Source: Eledone cirrhosa
Lineage: Eukaryota
Direction of reading: 5' to 3'
DNA: 64,000 nucleotides
NCBI GenBank assembly: GCA_964016885.1
Contig: OZ024745.1
Coordinates: forward strand, 122,822,001-122,886,000
The translations under genes were made by a program, and so were the position numbers. The first letter of the stretch is position 1; each line of letters begins with the position of its first letter. The notes under the pieces were generated by a model. That model saw only the letters and a list, made by a program, of their open reading frames with translations, was not told the DNA's origin and ran no database searches. Below, piece after piece: positions 12,399 through 26,010 of this stretch.

Positions 12399-13650
12399 CA
12401 ATGTAAAAATTCACAAATCTTCAGTATGGATCCTTCTGTTATCTATTCATAAGAAAGAGCAACAGTTGAGATTCTGATAAATTAGTTTCTTCAACAAACT
12501 GCAAAATGAGAAATTTAATCAAAATTGAATAACATAAAAAAATATGTATTTTACATAAGAACAACAAAAGATTTCTGTTATCAAATACTGACTTGTTCTT
12601 CATGTATGTATGTATAAATGTATGAATGGATGTATATATGTATGTGTATTTATATATACATGTATATATATATATGTGTGTGTTTGTGTGTAAACACATT
12701 GCTTAACTATATATATATGTGTATATATATATACATACATATATATATATAGAGAGAGAGAGAGTTAAGCAATGTGTTTACACACACATACACACATATA
12801 TATATATACATTGTGTATATAAATACAAATTATATATATATATATATATATAAAAATACATACATACATACAGACAGATAGACAGACATACAGACAGACA
12901 GACATACATACATACATACATACAGACATACAGACAGACAGACAGATAGAGAGACAGAAATATTTTATGAATAGATACATGTGGAACCATCACCATGGTC
13001 ATCATTATCATCATCATAATAATCATCATCATTTTACATCCATTTTCCATGCTGGCATGTATAATTAAAATAAAAATATTCTAGTGATATGTAGATGAAG
13101 ATGAAAATGAGTATTCATTCTTTGCTTGGTGGCTGGCTGTCCAAGAGATGGAACAACCATCATTGTTTAGAATATAGAATTAATCACGATTCCATCGAAT
13201 TTCAAGTATGTAATTTCAACATTTATTCCCTTGCCTAGTTACAATTAAATCTATATTATTGTTAATGTATCTACTTGGAAAATCTTTCTGCATTCCTTTG
13301 AGCAAGTCATTGAAATTAATTTTAATACAAATGCTAATTACAATGAAATAATTATGAATAAAACAAATGTATTGTTTATTCTATTTGAGAACATCTTATG
13401 CAACTATTGAAATGAAAATTAATGATTAAGGAAAACTTTAAGTAGTTACTTCACTTGTGAGAATTAAGAGTCAATGTTTCTTAAATCACACACTACTATT
13501 GTAAAACAAAAAGGACATATTGACTAATATGGTTATAAAAAGACATGTTGATCACAAATAGAATGCCTTTGATCATAAGTATACCGGATTGGGCCCACTC
13601 TCAGCTAAACAACAAATCTTTCTATCATTGGAAAAGTAGAGAAAAGTCAA

Positions 13651-13800
13651 TTAACCCTTTAGCATTTAAACTGGCCATATCTGGCCAGAATTTTCTCACC
13701 TCTTTCTGTTCAAATGGCTGTAACTCATAGATTCAATATTATGTGAGATAAAGCCTTTAGCGGGAAAATACAATAGTAAATGTAAATGCTAAAGGGTTAA
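13651..13800. mobile_element. piggyBac-like MITE, internally deleted
   Basis: TTAA-CCCTTTAGCATTT ... AAATGCTAAAGGG-TTAA. Confidence 0.85.
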
Positions 13801-14107
13801 ATCAACTCCAAAGCATTATTGATAATTTATTTTATTGATCCCCTGTAAGGATGTAAGGTAAAGTTAACTTCAGCAGGATTTGAACTCAGAACATAGATGG
13901 CTGAAACTATATGCCATAGAGCATGTCGTCTAACACTTTAGCAATACTGCAAATCCATCACCCTTGAGCTAAACAACAATAACAACAGAAGTATATCAAA
14001 GCAAAATTTCTATATCATCATCATCATCATCATCAGTCTTTTTGTTTATTTTGTTTTCTATGCTAGCATATATATATATATATATATTTATTAAAATAAC
14101 AGATTAA

Positions 14108-14158
14108 AGTTTAAGCAAAGAATCGCTGCTTTCACCCTTAACGGGATCTTCTGAAACT
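14108..14158 (-). ncRNA. Hammerhead-like motif, U4A core variant (second copy)
   Basis: AGUUU CAGAAGA UCCC GUUAA GGGU GAAA GCA GCGAUUCUU UGC UU AAACU. Confidence 0.62.
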
Positions 14159-14309
14159 CAATCGCTAGGACCTACTTCTTATCAAGAAATTACTACATTA
14201 CAACTAAGATAACAACACTCTTGTATATTTATATATATATATATATATATATATGTGCATGGCCACCAGTATGTCAATGAGTGCATAACTACACCAATGA
14301 TTGCGTAAG

Positions 14310-14358
14310 TATCTGACGAAGTCACATGAATAACCATGTAACAGAAATATATATGATG
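14310..14358 (+). ncRNA. Minimal hammerhead, probably inactive (G at position 17)
   Basis: UAU CUGACGA AGU C ACAUG AAUAAC CAUGU A ACA GAAA UAUAUA UG AUG, followed by AAUAAA. Confidence 0.6.
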
Positions 14359-14400
14359 GAATAAACAATTATGGTTATTTAATCCCGTCTTAACTACCAT

Positions 14401-14486
<86 letters not shown>

Positions 14487-14665
14487 ACATATATATAACT
14501 GGTTATACTTTATATACTTTATATACATTATAAAACTCTTTTTTAAAAGAATTGTGCCTCTCATTTTTTCAATAATGTCATTTTGAAGAATCAAAGAAAG
14601 GAAAGAAAAGAAAAAAAAAGAAAAAACATACTCTTAACTATATTTTCCTTGCTCTTTCCAACTTC

Positions 14666-14814
<149 letters not shown>

Positions 14815-15411
14815 TTGTGTGTACTTTTTGAAGGCATGTGACTTTGTATTTAGAATGTTTGCTTCACATTCGTAAGTCTATGAGTTTGATTCTTAGTGGC
14901 ATTTTGCCTCCTTGAACAAGTTACTTTATTTCATATCACGCCAGTTCACTCAGCTAGCAAAAATGTGTTGTACATATAATTCAAAAAGCCATCCATGTCA
15001 CATACTGTGTTATTCTGAATCTTCCTGTGAAATGCACCAAGAGGGCATGAGTTTGTGGAATACTTAGTCACTTGCATGTTAATTTCACAAAAAATCTCTT
15101 CCATTGTTTGAACAACTGGAACACTCATTGTCAGAACTGACAGAAGTCCAACGACAACCCAACAATATCATACACAGAAATATATACAGTTTCCACAAAC
15201 CAATTTCACTCACAAGGCATTATTTAGCCCAAGACACTTATCCACAGTGTTGTACAGTTGGATAACACCCAAGACCAGTGGTAGGTCTTTCTAGAATGGG
15301 GTGGTTGATGTGACTGATACATCTACAGGTCAATCTGGAAAAAAGGATGAAGAATTCAGTCAGGGTTATGCAATGGCTAAATAAAAACTGGTTTGCCATG
15401 TTGGAATGCCT

Positions 15412-15640
15412 TTAATCCTTTGGCATTTAAACCGGTCGTATCTGGCCAGAATTCTCTCACCTCTTTCTGTTTAAACCAGCCATAAATCGTCGCTCATACT
15501 TATATTAAGGTATTGTACTCAAAATAAATAACATCAACATCTCGTAGATTCAATATTATGTGAAATAACTATGTAAGATAAAACCTTTACCACAAAAATA
15601 TAATAGTATAAATAAAGTAATGTAAATTCTAAAGGGTTAA
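15412..15640. mobile_element. piggyBac-like MITE
   Basis: Same family as 1811-2038 in the opposite orientation, with TTAA at both ends. Confidence 0.8.
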
Positions 15641-16734
15641 ACATAAAGCTACTTGATCAGAGCTGACTTGGATTAAACAATAACAGATACTTATTATATT
15701 GATTCAAAAGGCAGTGGATTTGCAGTATTTTTTCCATTTGTGTTCAAATCACGCCAAGATAAACTTTTTTCTCATATTTTTGAGGTTGATAAAAGAAGTA
15801 CCAATCAAGTACTAGTTTGATTTAATTGACTTTCCTCTCCCTTCAATTTGGCAACTTTGTGACTTAATTAGAAACCAAACCATAATATCGACTCCAAAAT
15901 GAAGAAAGGTGTAACTAAATATCACGGCTATCCAAGATAAAATATGAAAACATCATGGGTGAGTCACAGGAGCCTATTTGACCATACCCACACAAATATA
16001 ACTGGAACTGAAATATTCCTCCATGCCATACCCAACCTGTCTAGGATAACAGTAACAATAAAAATTGACTCAGACTGTGAAAAGCAATCCATGCCATGGA
16101 AACATGGAATGCAGATAATGATGATTCTCTATATAACGGTCAGTCTTGTTTGAATTAGAAAAAAACTACCAGAAAAATATATATTTTGCTTATTCCAAAA
16201 CCATTATTAAGAAATTTGTAGATGGATTGAACCATTTATATGAATTGAAATGAGCTGAAAAATGTATCAATATTTACAAATATCTTTCGATTATTTTTCT
16301 TTTCATCTATGAAGTAAAACATTTATGAATCTTTTCAAGCAGTCTAATCTACTTCTATAAACTCTTTTAAGTATTTTTATGTACTTCAAACACTGAAACA
16401 TTTCACACAGATGAAAGAAATAAAATTTCCAAAACAGAGATCTCTGAGAATATAGAGAAAATAAATGGGGAAATTAAATAGAATTAAATTAATTAAAAGA
16501 TTAAATTATTAGAAACAAATACAGAAAAAGAAATATGTCATTTTTTTTATTATTTTATGAAGAAAAGAGAGAAGAGAAGAAAACTTTCCAGCATGGATTC
16601 TCTCTCTCTTGCAAAAACAAGCTTAACTTTTTAATATCATATCTAATAAAATGCACTCAAAATATGAGGTATTCAATAACAATCACATTTTTAAAAAATT
16701 AAAACAATATACAAAGAGTTGATATATATATCTA

Positions 16735-16829
<95 letters not shown>

Positions 16830-16830
<1 letters not shown>

Positions 16831-16887
16831 TACCTGATGATGTCACCGGATTCATACTGAATCTGGTCATTGAAATGTTCATAGTAT
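16830..16887 (+). ncRNA. Minimal type-I hammerhead ribozyme motif
   Basis: AUAC CUGAUGA UGU C ACCGGAUUCA UAC UGAAUCUGGU C AUU GAAA UGUUCA UA GUAU, then AAUAAA. Lies between (GA)n and (TA)n. Confidence 0.7.
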
Positions 16888-16930
16888 AATAAACCTTGAA
16901 GGAATTACACCAGTCCAGCCTCCTGTTATT

Positions 16931-16983
<53 letters not shown>

Positions 16984-17073
16984 CTGTGTATGTATATATG
17001 CTTATTATGACACAGAGAGGTGTGTAGATAGGATGGACAAAAGAGAGTATTCAGTATGAGATGTGAAAATCGG

Positions 17074-17216
<143 letters not shown>

Positions 17217-17262
17217 GGTAGTGTGGAAGATGGATGTTAAATGATGATGATTATATATATAT

Positions 17263-17361
<99 letters not shown>

Positions 17362-18193
17362 CATGTATATATATATATATATAATAAAAGAGGCTGTTTG
17401 CATAATTGCAAATGAATTGAATCTTATTATTGATATTAAAAAAACTCAGATTACATATATATATTATACAACGGCAGCAGCAACAACAACAACGACAACG
17501 ACAACAATAACAACAACTGCCATCATCATCACTGACACCATCCACCACCACCACAATCACCATCACTGACACCATCCACCACCACCACCATCAACACCAT
17601 CACCATCACCAACGATCAGGCCTTAAGAAGAAGAAAACAACTATAATAATAGTAATAATAACAACTATAATAATAGTTCTTGGCATTGGCAGCGATTGTC
17701 CCAGCGCATTGCTGGTGCCTTGTTTTTGGCCTGGAGAGTGGAGCACTGTTGCTCTTTGCTGTAAAGCAAACAATTATTATTATTATATAACTACTGAACT
17801 GTAAAAATCAACAGTTGACATGATCTTGTATCAGTACTGATGGTAATATATGTATGTGTGTGTGTGAGTGGCATGTGTGTGTTTGTATGCATGAGTGTTG
17901 GTGTGTGAGTGGCGTGTGTGTTTGTATGCATGAATGTTGGTGTGTGAGTGAGTGTGTGTGTGTGTGCCATGAGTGTCAATAAGTGGTATTTTTTTTAATG
18001 TCCATGCTGTAAAATGGAGGGGTAGAGAGGGCCCATGAGTCCAGTAAGACATCCTCTCTAGTACTGGTGGCATGAATAAAAGCACCCAGTCCATGCTGTA
18101 AAGTGGCACTGGTGTTAGGAAGGGCACCCAACCAGTGTATCAATGCCAAAACAATTATGAGCACAGAAACAAATATATAGGAACAAGAAAAAT

Positions 18194-21100
18194 ATGAAGA
18201 CGTCGCATCTCAGAGTTGCAACACTTAATGTTGGCACGCTCACAGGTAGATCTGGTGAAATAGCGGAGATGCTGGAGAGAAGGCATGTGGATGTGTGCTG
18301 TGTGCAAGAGGTGAGATGGAGAGGTGCCTCTACGAGACTAGTCGCAAGCAAACATCTTAGCTATAAGCTTTTCTGGGTAGGTAAGGATGATGGGTTAGGG
18401 GGAGTAGGCATTTTCCTGGCTGAGAGATTGATCAATAAGACAATAGAGGTAGTTCGAATTAATGACTGAATAATTAAGCTTAGATTAGTTGTAGGCAAGA
18501 GACTACTGACACTCATCTCTGCCTATGCTCCCCAAGCAGGCCTAGGCAAAGAAGAGAAAGACTGCTTTTACGATCAATTTTTACAAACAACCGCAATGAC
18601 AGAAGACGGAGACATCGTTATGCTAGCAGGAGACTTCAATGGTTATGTTGGACAGCTCCAGGATGGTTACACTGGGGTACATGGTGGGCACGGTTACAGC
18701 TCAAGAAATGAAGAAGGAGTGAGACTTCTTGAATTTTGTGATGCAAGTACACTGACTATTTGCAACACTAACTTCCAGAAACCTGCCAACCACCTAATAA
18801 CCTACAAATCAGGCGAGCACATAAGCCAGATTGACTGCTTACTAGTTAGGCAGCGGGACAGGCAGATGGTGTCAAATACCAAGGCACACCCTGGGAAGAA
18901 TGTACCCCACAGTATAGGTTAGTTGTTAGTGATATCTCAGTAAGCAAGAGATGGAATGAGACATACAGGAAGGTGTGGAGAAGAAAGGTCTGGAAGCTAA
19001 AAGACCTTTCACTAAAATACAAATTTAGGAAAGCCCTTCAAGATGTGTATGAGGAAAATGAAGACGATTTAGAGTCGTATGACATAGATAATAACTGGAA
19101 TTTCTTACGTGACAACTTACTGCAGGCTACTGCTGAAACTTGTGGCTGGAGCAGAGCTCCAACCAGACAGAGAGTGACCTGGTGGTGGAACAGCACAGTA
19201 GATAGGGCCATTAGAGACAAAAGACTAGCATGAAAAGCTTGGAAAAAGGGTGGGAGTAGAGAAGGATATACAGCCACTAAGAGAGAAGCTAGATGTCAGG
19301 TGTACTTAGCACGCAGGGAGGCTGAGAGGAGAAGGTTTGCCAATGTTATGCGACGGGAAGATCAGAGGCGTGTGGTGTTCCACATTGCAAGGCAGTGTGT
19401 CAATGCAAATCAGGATGTTGTTGGAGATAAATGTGTCCGGAACGATGCCGGTGTACTTAGTGTCACGAATGATCAGAAAAAGGAGGCCTGGAAATGTCAT
19501 TATGAGAGACTGGATGAATGTGGAGAACGAATGGAAGCGAGAGAAATTATTCTCAGTAGATCCGACAGAGGGACCAGCTATTGAGATTGATGAATATAAG
19601 GTCCAAGAGGCGATTAAGGAAATGAAAAATGGTAAGGCTGCTGGAACGTTGGAGATAGTTGCTGAGATGCTGAAGGCATCAGGGGACATAGGCACTAAAC
19701 TGGTTGCACGCATCATCAATCAGGTTATATATGGTGGTGTCATACACAAAGACTGGTGCAGCAGTATTCTCATAAATTGCTACAAAGCTAAAGGGAATGC
19801 TCTGGAGAGGAGCAATTATAGGGGTATAAAACTGATGGATCAGGTTATGAAAGTGGCAGAAAGGATATTAGCACAACTAATTAGAGAAAGGGTCAAACTA
19901 GATGAGGTGCAGTTTGGTTTTGTGCCTGGGAAAAGTACAACGGATGCCCTCTTCTTGGTGAGACAATTACAAGAGAGGTTCTTAGAGAAAAATAAGCCAG
20001 TATACTTAGCCTTTGATAGGGTACCCCGACCTGTCACCTGGTGGTCCCTAAGGAAACTAGGTGTTGAGGAATGGCTTGTGAGGATAGTGCAAACTTTGTA
20101 CAGAGGTGCTGTCAGTAACGTGAGGGTAAGAATGGAGTTTAGTGAGGAATTCCAGATACAAGTTGGAGTACATCAAGGTTCGGTCCTCAGCCCGCTCTTA
20201 TTCATTATAGTCCTCTAAGCCATAACAGAGGAGTTTAACACTAGCTGTCAATGGGAACTTCTCTATGCTGACGATCTGGTTCTTATAGTAGAATCAGTAG
20301 AGGAGCTAGAGAATAAATTCTGGTTATGGAAACAGCAGTTGGAAGCAAGAGGACTGAGAGTGAACCTAGCTAAGACAAAAGTGTTGATGAGTAGAAAAGA
20401 GGACAAAACTCTGATTCCATCAGGGAAATGGCCATGTTCGATATGCAGAAAAGGAACTGGCATAAATTCTATAAAATGCACAGAATGCAGATCCTGGGTA
20501 CACAAGAGATGTAGTGGGATAGCAGGCAAACTATCAGGTAGGGAGAAATACGTATGCAGCAGATGTACAGGGAAATTAGACAGTAGAAGTCGCATTGATA
20601 GACACATTTTTCAAATACAGGCAGGTGCTATAGAAGTAGTGGATAGCTTCCGGTACGTAGGAGATCAGATTAGCATGGGAGGGGGTGTTCCAAGGTCGTA
20701 GTATCTAGAATAAGGACGGGTTGGAAGAAGTTTAGGGAGCTGCTTCCTCTGCTGACGAAGAAGGGTTTCTCCCTGCGTACGAAAGGTCGGTTATATGATG
20801 CCTGTGTGAGGAGCGCGATGCTGCATGGTAGTGAGACTTGGGCAGCGACTGCAGAGGATATGCGACGGCTAGAGAGAAATGAGGCAAGCATACTCCGTTG
20901 GATGTGCATTGTCAATGTACGTGAATGACCCAGCATGGATGTGTTGAGAGAGAAACTGACTGAGAGGGATAGAATGTAGTGTGCGAGAGAGGAGACTGCA
21001 ATGGTATGGACATGTGATGTGCATGGAGGATGACCGATGGGTGAAGAAGTGCCAGGAAATGTCAGTTGAAGGAAGACGTGGTAGAGGTAGACCATGAAAA

Positions 21101-21250
21101 ACATGGGCGGAGGTGGTGAGAACAGACCTCAGATCGCTGAAGCTCATGGTGGAGATGACGAAGGACCGTGACAAGTGGAGAGGTGCTGTGCTGAATAAGA
21201 CCCGCCCCACCCTTGCAAGCAGGGAAAAGCGGACGTAAAATGATGATGAT
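18194..21250 (+). mobile_element. Near full-length decayed RTE-clade LINE (APE endonuclease + RT + PHD-like finger)
   Basis: APE motifs LRVATLNVGTL, VCCVQEVRW, AGDFNG and SQID. RT motifs NYRGIKL, QFGFVPGKSTTDA, GVHQGSVLSPLLF and LYADD (about 20261). (ATG)n tail. Several stops and frameshifts. Confidence 0.95.
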
Positions 21251-22149
21251 ATATATATGTATAAATAAATATATATATATATAGATATATATATTATACA
21301 TATACACATACATACATATATATATATATATTCACATACATACATAATGTAACAATATGTTAACATTTTTAGTTCTATGAGTTGAGTATATTTGATCTCT
21401 GCACAAACTGCAGTGGTTTTAGAACCTGTTGTTTTAATGGATAGGTAGCAAATCTGTCCATAGACATGACACTTGTCACTGTATTACATCAAGCATTTAC
21501 TGTGAGCTTGGTAACTCTTAGTGATTCAGAAAAACTCTTGCAGTTTTATACCAACCTATGGACTGAGAAGTTGTTCCTCAAACCTTAATTCAGTATTTTC
21601 ACCTTTAAGTTTGGTAGTTGAATCTGTAGATCAAAGGATGACAATATATATATATGTATATATATTGTTATATACACTTTCACAACACATGATTAAAATA
21701 TGAATTAATAACCAAATTACCAACACATGAACTATATAGAGAATCTAAAATACAAAGCATAAAATAAAGCTGTCATCTGGAATCATAAAGTGGAGAATCT
21801 GGGTCATCTGGAAAAAAATACGTGCCAAATGAAGCAATGAGTTCTATATAGTGCAAACAGCTGCTATGGTTGATTGTATTCAAAATTGTATATTTAATTA
21901 TAAATTTTAAAACTGTTAGTTAGAGGAGATAAAGTTGAAAACATTAATTCACATTTCTATCATTTTTGTTATTTAGAAGACATCAAAGCAAAATATTATC
22001 TTCTAATAAACAAAGATAAAAATCAGTAACCATTCACCAAAATGATATCTTTAAAAAAAAAACACTTTTCTTTAAAATTCCTGCTGCAAAATATATTTAT
22101 AAGAAAAGCAATTTATTTTGAATTTACTTAAAAGAGATCAACCACTAAC

Positions 22150-22297
22150 CTCGTTTTTAAGTTTCTTAATTTCGGCAGTGTGTTCTTCTGTTTGCTGGAC
22201 ATAATGCCATTTTGCCTGCCTTTCACTGTCTAATATCTGTAGAAGATGCAAATGTTTCTGTTCCAATTCTTCTTTGCATTCTATCATCTTGCTATAG
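22150..22297 (-). CDS. RASGRF1: Internal coding exon of a RasGRF-like Ras guanine nucleotide-releasing factor (coiled coil after the N-terminal PH domain)
   Basis: Acceptor ttccttaaactttcAG and donor GTTAGT flank 148 nt (1 nt + 49 codons) reading YSKMIECKEELEQKHLHLLQILDSERQAKWHYVQQTEEHTAEIKKLKNE. This resembles, from memory, human RASGRF1 [49 protein letters not shown]. The RASGRF1 versus RASGRF2 label is nominal for an invertebrate. The exon is absent from the ORF track. Confidence 0.8.
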
Positions 22298-22394
22298 CTG
22301 AAAGTTTAAGGAAAACAAACAAAACAATTAGAGGACAATTGATACATAAAAGCAACACAAAAATATTACAGTATATAGTTAAAAATCATGAGCA

Positions 22395-22815
22395 GGGCTA
22401 GTACCATGATAAAATACACTCAGTACACTCTGTAAAGTGGTAGTGCTGGTACCATGATAAAATATACTCAGTACACTGTCTGTAAAGTGGTAGTGTTGGA
22501 ACCATGATAAAATACACTCAGTACACTCTGTAAAGTGGTAGGTACCATGATAAAATATACTCAGTACACTGTCTGTAAAGTGCTTGTGCTATGACACATT
22601 TCACTCAGTACACTCTGTAGAGTTGTAGGGCTGGTGCCATGATAAAATACACTCAGTACATTGTGTAAAGTGGTAGTGCTGGTGCCCTGATAAAATGTAC
22701 CCAGTACACTCTGTAAGTGCTGATGCCATGATAAATTGCATCTAGTACACTGTTTAAAGTGGTAGTGCTAGTGCCCTGATAAAATGTACCCAGTACAATT
22801 TATAAAGTGGTAGGT
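22395..22815 (+). repeat. Degenerate tandem array (about 42-50 bp units) forming the 5' part of a family C element
   Basis: Repeated GGTACCATGATAAAATACACTCAGTACACTCTGTAAAGTGGTAGTGCT. A similar array lies at 41048-41222. Confidence 0.85.
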
Positions 22816-24049
22816 GTTAGGAAGGGCATTTAGCAATAAAAACCTTGCCAAAAATATGGAATGTATGCACAAGATGTGACTATCAAACCCATCTTTTCAT
22901 GGATTGTAATGAGCCACCAACCCATGCCAGCATGGGAAACGGCACGCAATAATGACAATGATATTTACTAAGAACTAATTGAATAAATGAAATAAACCAA
23001 AATCATGAGAAACATTTGAAAATAAGTATGATAATACTTAAGCATCAATGGTACTTAAAATGTAAAATGAACAGTTTTAATAGTTGACATACTTCTAATA
23101 TTAGGAATTTTGTAATAAAAGAAACAATAGAAGTACCAGTATTTGAGACAGAAATATCACTAGACAAAGCTAAATTTATACAATGAAAATAATTTTGCAA
23201 ACGTGTGATTGTTCCAAAATATATATATTTTAGGCTACTCAGTTCCATTTTTAATAATCTTTTATTGGAAATTTTTGTTTTCCCCTAGATAACAAAGAAG
23301 TCATTGAATAATTTCTTCATAGTAGATCACATGATGGATTGAATTATAATTCTATCAATTTACTAAGGGAGATAATGTCATATAGAATTATTGGAAAATA
23401 AAATTGTCGAATAAAATTATTACTTTCTTTTATTCTCTTTTATGTGTCAACATTCTGCATAGCAAAGAAATTTGTGATAAGACAGCTAACTTGAAAGAAA
23501 AGTTAAATCAATAAATTATAAAAACTAAAAAGCTTAATAATTCTACAGATAAAATATAATGGCAGACATCAATATTCTTTTGTTTAAGAGAAAAATAATT
23601 CAAGGAGCCTTACATTACATTTAAATCAATTTAAATCCCTAGGATTTGTTTTAACAGAAATTTTGGTTGGCATTTGACATTCAAAGAAATGAACATGAAA
23701 CTATTCACTGCAAAATATACTTTCAGAGATATATAATAGCTATGTTTCTTATGTATAGAGATATAGAAATGAGGTTAGCCTTAAGAAGGGCATGCAGCTG
23801 TAGAAACCAAACCAAAATCAGTTCTGTATAATAAGATGTTTTAATAATCAGTTCTGTATAAGCAAAGCATAGTCACCTGACCTAGCATTGCCTATAACAG
23901 GACAACTCATCTAACCCATGCTAGTGTAGTGGAAGAATGGATGTAAAACAGTGATGATGTTGATGTGTGTATATATGTATTATTATTATTACTTACTATA
24001 TATATATATATATATATATATAGTAAGTAATAATAATAATACATATATA

Positions 24050-25503
24050 CACCAGGAGTGCATCGAAGCTATCCCGGATGTGATAGACTTCGATAATGGC
24101 ACTCAACTGCCCATAAGTGTTGAGGGCAAATGCCCGAAATGCTTTCGCTGTGGATTGAAGACTCACCTCAGGGCCTTCTGCAATGAGAAGACCCTGAGAA
24201 AGGAGAAAACCCCCCTCCTTCCGAAACCGGCTCCACTCCTACCAGCAACAGGACAAGCGGCAACCAGGAACGATAGGTCCGTGGCACCCATACCCACACC
24301 ACGGAAGTCAAGAACAGCAGCAGCAGTGGAAGTATTAACAACAACAACAGTAATACCAACTGCAGCTGCAACAGAGACTCCACTGCAAACATCACCAACA
24401 ACAAGAAGTGAAAGAGTGGAGCTGGTACCCCTCTCCGACCTCACATAATCAGACATGGAGTGTGAGGTGGGGGAGGGATGGCAAAAGGTCACAAGAAGGC
24501 ACAAACGCAGAAGCAGCGCATCATCGCCTTCGAAAACGGAGGAAAGAAATGGAAAAAGGGTAAAGGCTACTGCAAAGAGACTGACAGCAGCAACACCACC
24601 AACACCATCACCACCCACACTAGCACCACCATCACCACCGGCGACAACCCCACCGCCAACAACAACAGCACCTTCAAAACCACCACCACAAGCACCAACA
24701 TCGCAAACACAACAACAAAACACACACACCCAACAACAACGACAAGAAAATAGCAGAACCCACCCGATTGGATTTCCCGAATGTGCCAATGTGGACTTGG
24801 ACAAATCGCATAGGGTCATCCAGGTCATATCTAGATAGAGTATTTTGTAGGGAAATAGATAGGTCTAGCATAGGCTGTCCACAATTCAAGATAGTCAGCT
24901 ACACGGACCACAAATTCGTGATCTGTGTGCTTGACTTAGATAGGCTTCATAGATGAGGACCCAGCTACTGGAAGCTAAACGCATCCTTACCAGTGCACAA
25001 GGCCTACAGAGACCGGATTAGCAAACTAGTTAAGCGAGCGTTGACGGGGGCCCATCGTCAACAACAAGTGGTGGTTTGCTCTGAAAAGAGCGATTAGAAT
25101 AGAGTCCATTAGGTTTAGTAAGGCTTTAGCTATAGAGAAAAATAGAGCAGAGGGAGAACTAGTTAGAAAATTAGACGAGGCGCTTAGCAAAGGCATCGCG
25201 ACCGACGTACTTGCGGCGAAATTGGCCCTTGACCAATTCTTCAATGCAAAGCACGAAGGCTGCATTGTCAGAGCTAGGGTGCGTGCTCTCAGACACGAGG
25301 GGACAAAAGCCGTTCAATGGGCCCGAGTGGCGGAGGCGCGTTGTGGCAACAAAGCCACGATCCGGTCTTTGGTGGACCACGACGGGCGCATGCTACTAGA
25401 TCCCGGGCAAATTTGTGAAGCTTTTCAGCGATACTTCGTTCAACTGTTCGGGGGCAGCGGCGGGCCGGATCGAGGGATGGACTTTAGTGTTTACCTCAGC
25501 TAT
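24050..25503 (+). mobile_element. Tx1/L1-clade LINE fragment (ORF1 zinc knuckle + part of APE and linker), internally deleted
   Basis: CFRCGLKTHLRAFC (CX2CX4HX4C), a Pro/Thr-rich region, then WTWTNRIGSSRSYLDRVF...YTDHKFV and YWKLNASL. Confidence 0.85.
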
Positions 25504-25504
25504 G

Positions 25505-26010
25505 TTGTCTGTCTACTTCCTCCTCTGTCTGCCCCACTTTCTCTTTTCCCACACGGTTCCTTGGAGAATTGTCTTCGAGAGTTTGTCCAATCTTGTTACA
25601 TTACCATACCACCTCAGCTTCCTGCTCTTCACCATGGGCAGCAGATCTTCAAAGTGGCTCACATGCTTGTTGATTCTTTTGCAGACCTCCTCGTTTGTGA
25701 TGTGTTCTGTGTAGGAGATTCCCAAGATTCTTCTATAGCATCTCATATCCACTGTTTGGATCTTTCTTTGTTGTGCAGTGGTCAGGTTCCTTAACTTGCA
25801 TGCACATAGAAGGATGGATAGGACCAACACACACAGGAGTTTTAGTTTGCATCTGAGAGTGGTATCTTTGTCTCTCCAGAGAGGTTTCAGCTTAACAAGT
25901 GCTGTGACTGTTAGAGTACTCCTTGCAAGGACCTTTAGCTTGGATCCCTCTTGACTGATGATGGTACTAAGGTACTTGAACTGTCTCCAGCTCCTGACCA
26001 CTGACTGTGA
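25505..26010 (-). mobile_element. RTE LINE 3' fragment, second family
   Basis: FKYLSTII, MRCYRRILGISYTEHITNEEV and RKLRWYGNVTR...TILQGTV. Confidence 0.85.

Noticed and set aside
13110-13180. Plus-strand HSLLGGWLSKRW resembling the RasGRF IQ motif
   Set aside because: Opposite strand to the identified exon, no splice signals, and the frame does not continue as RasGRF. Treated as chance.
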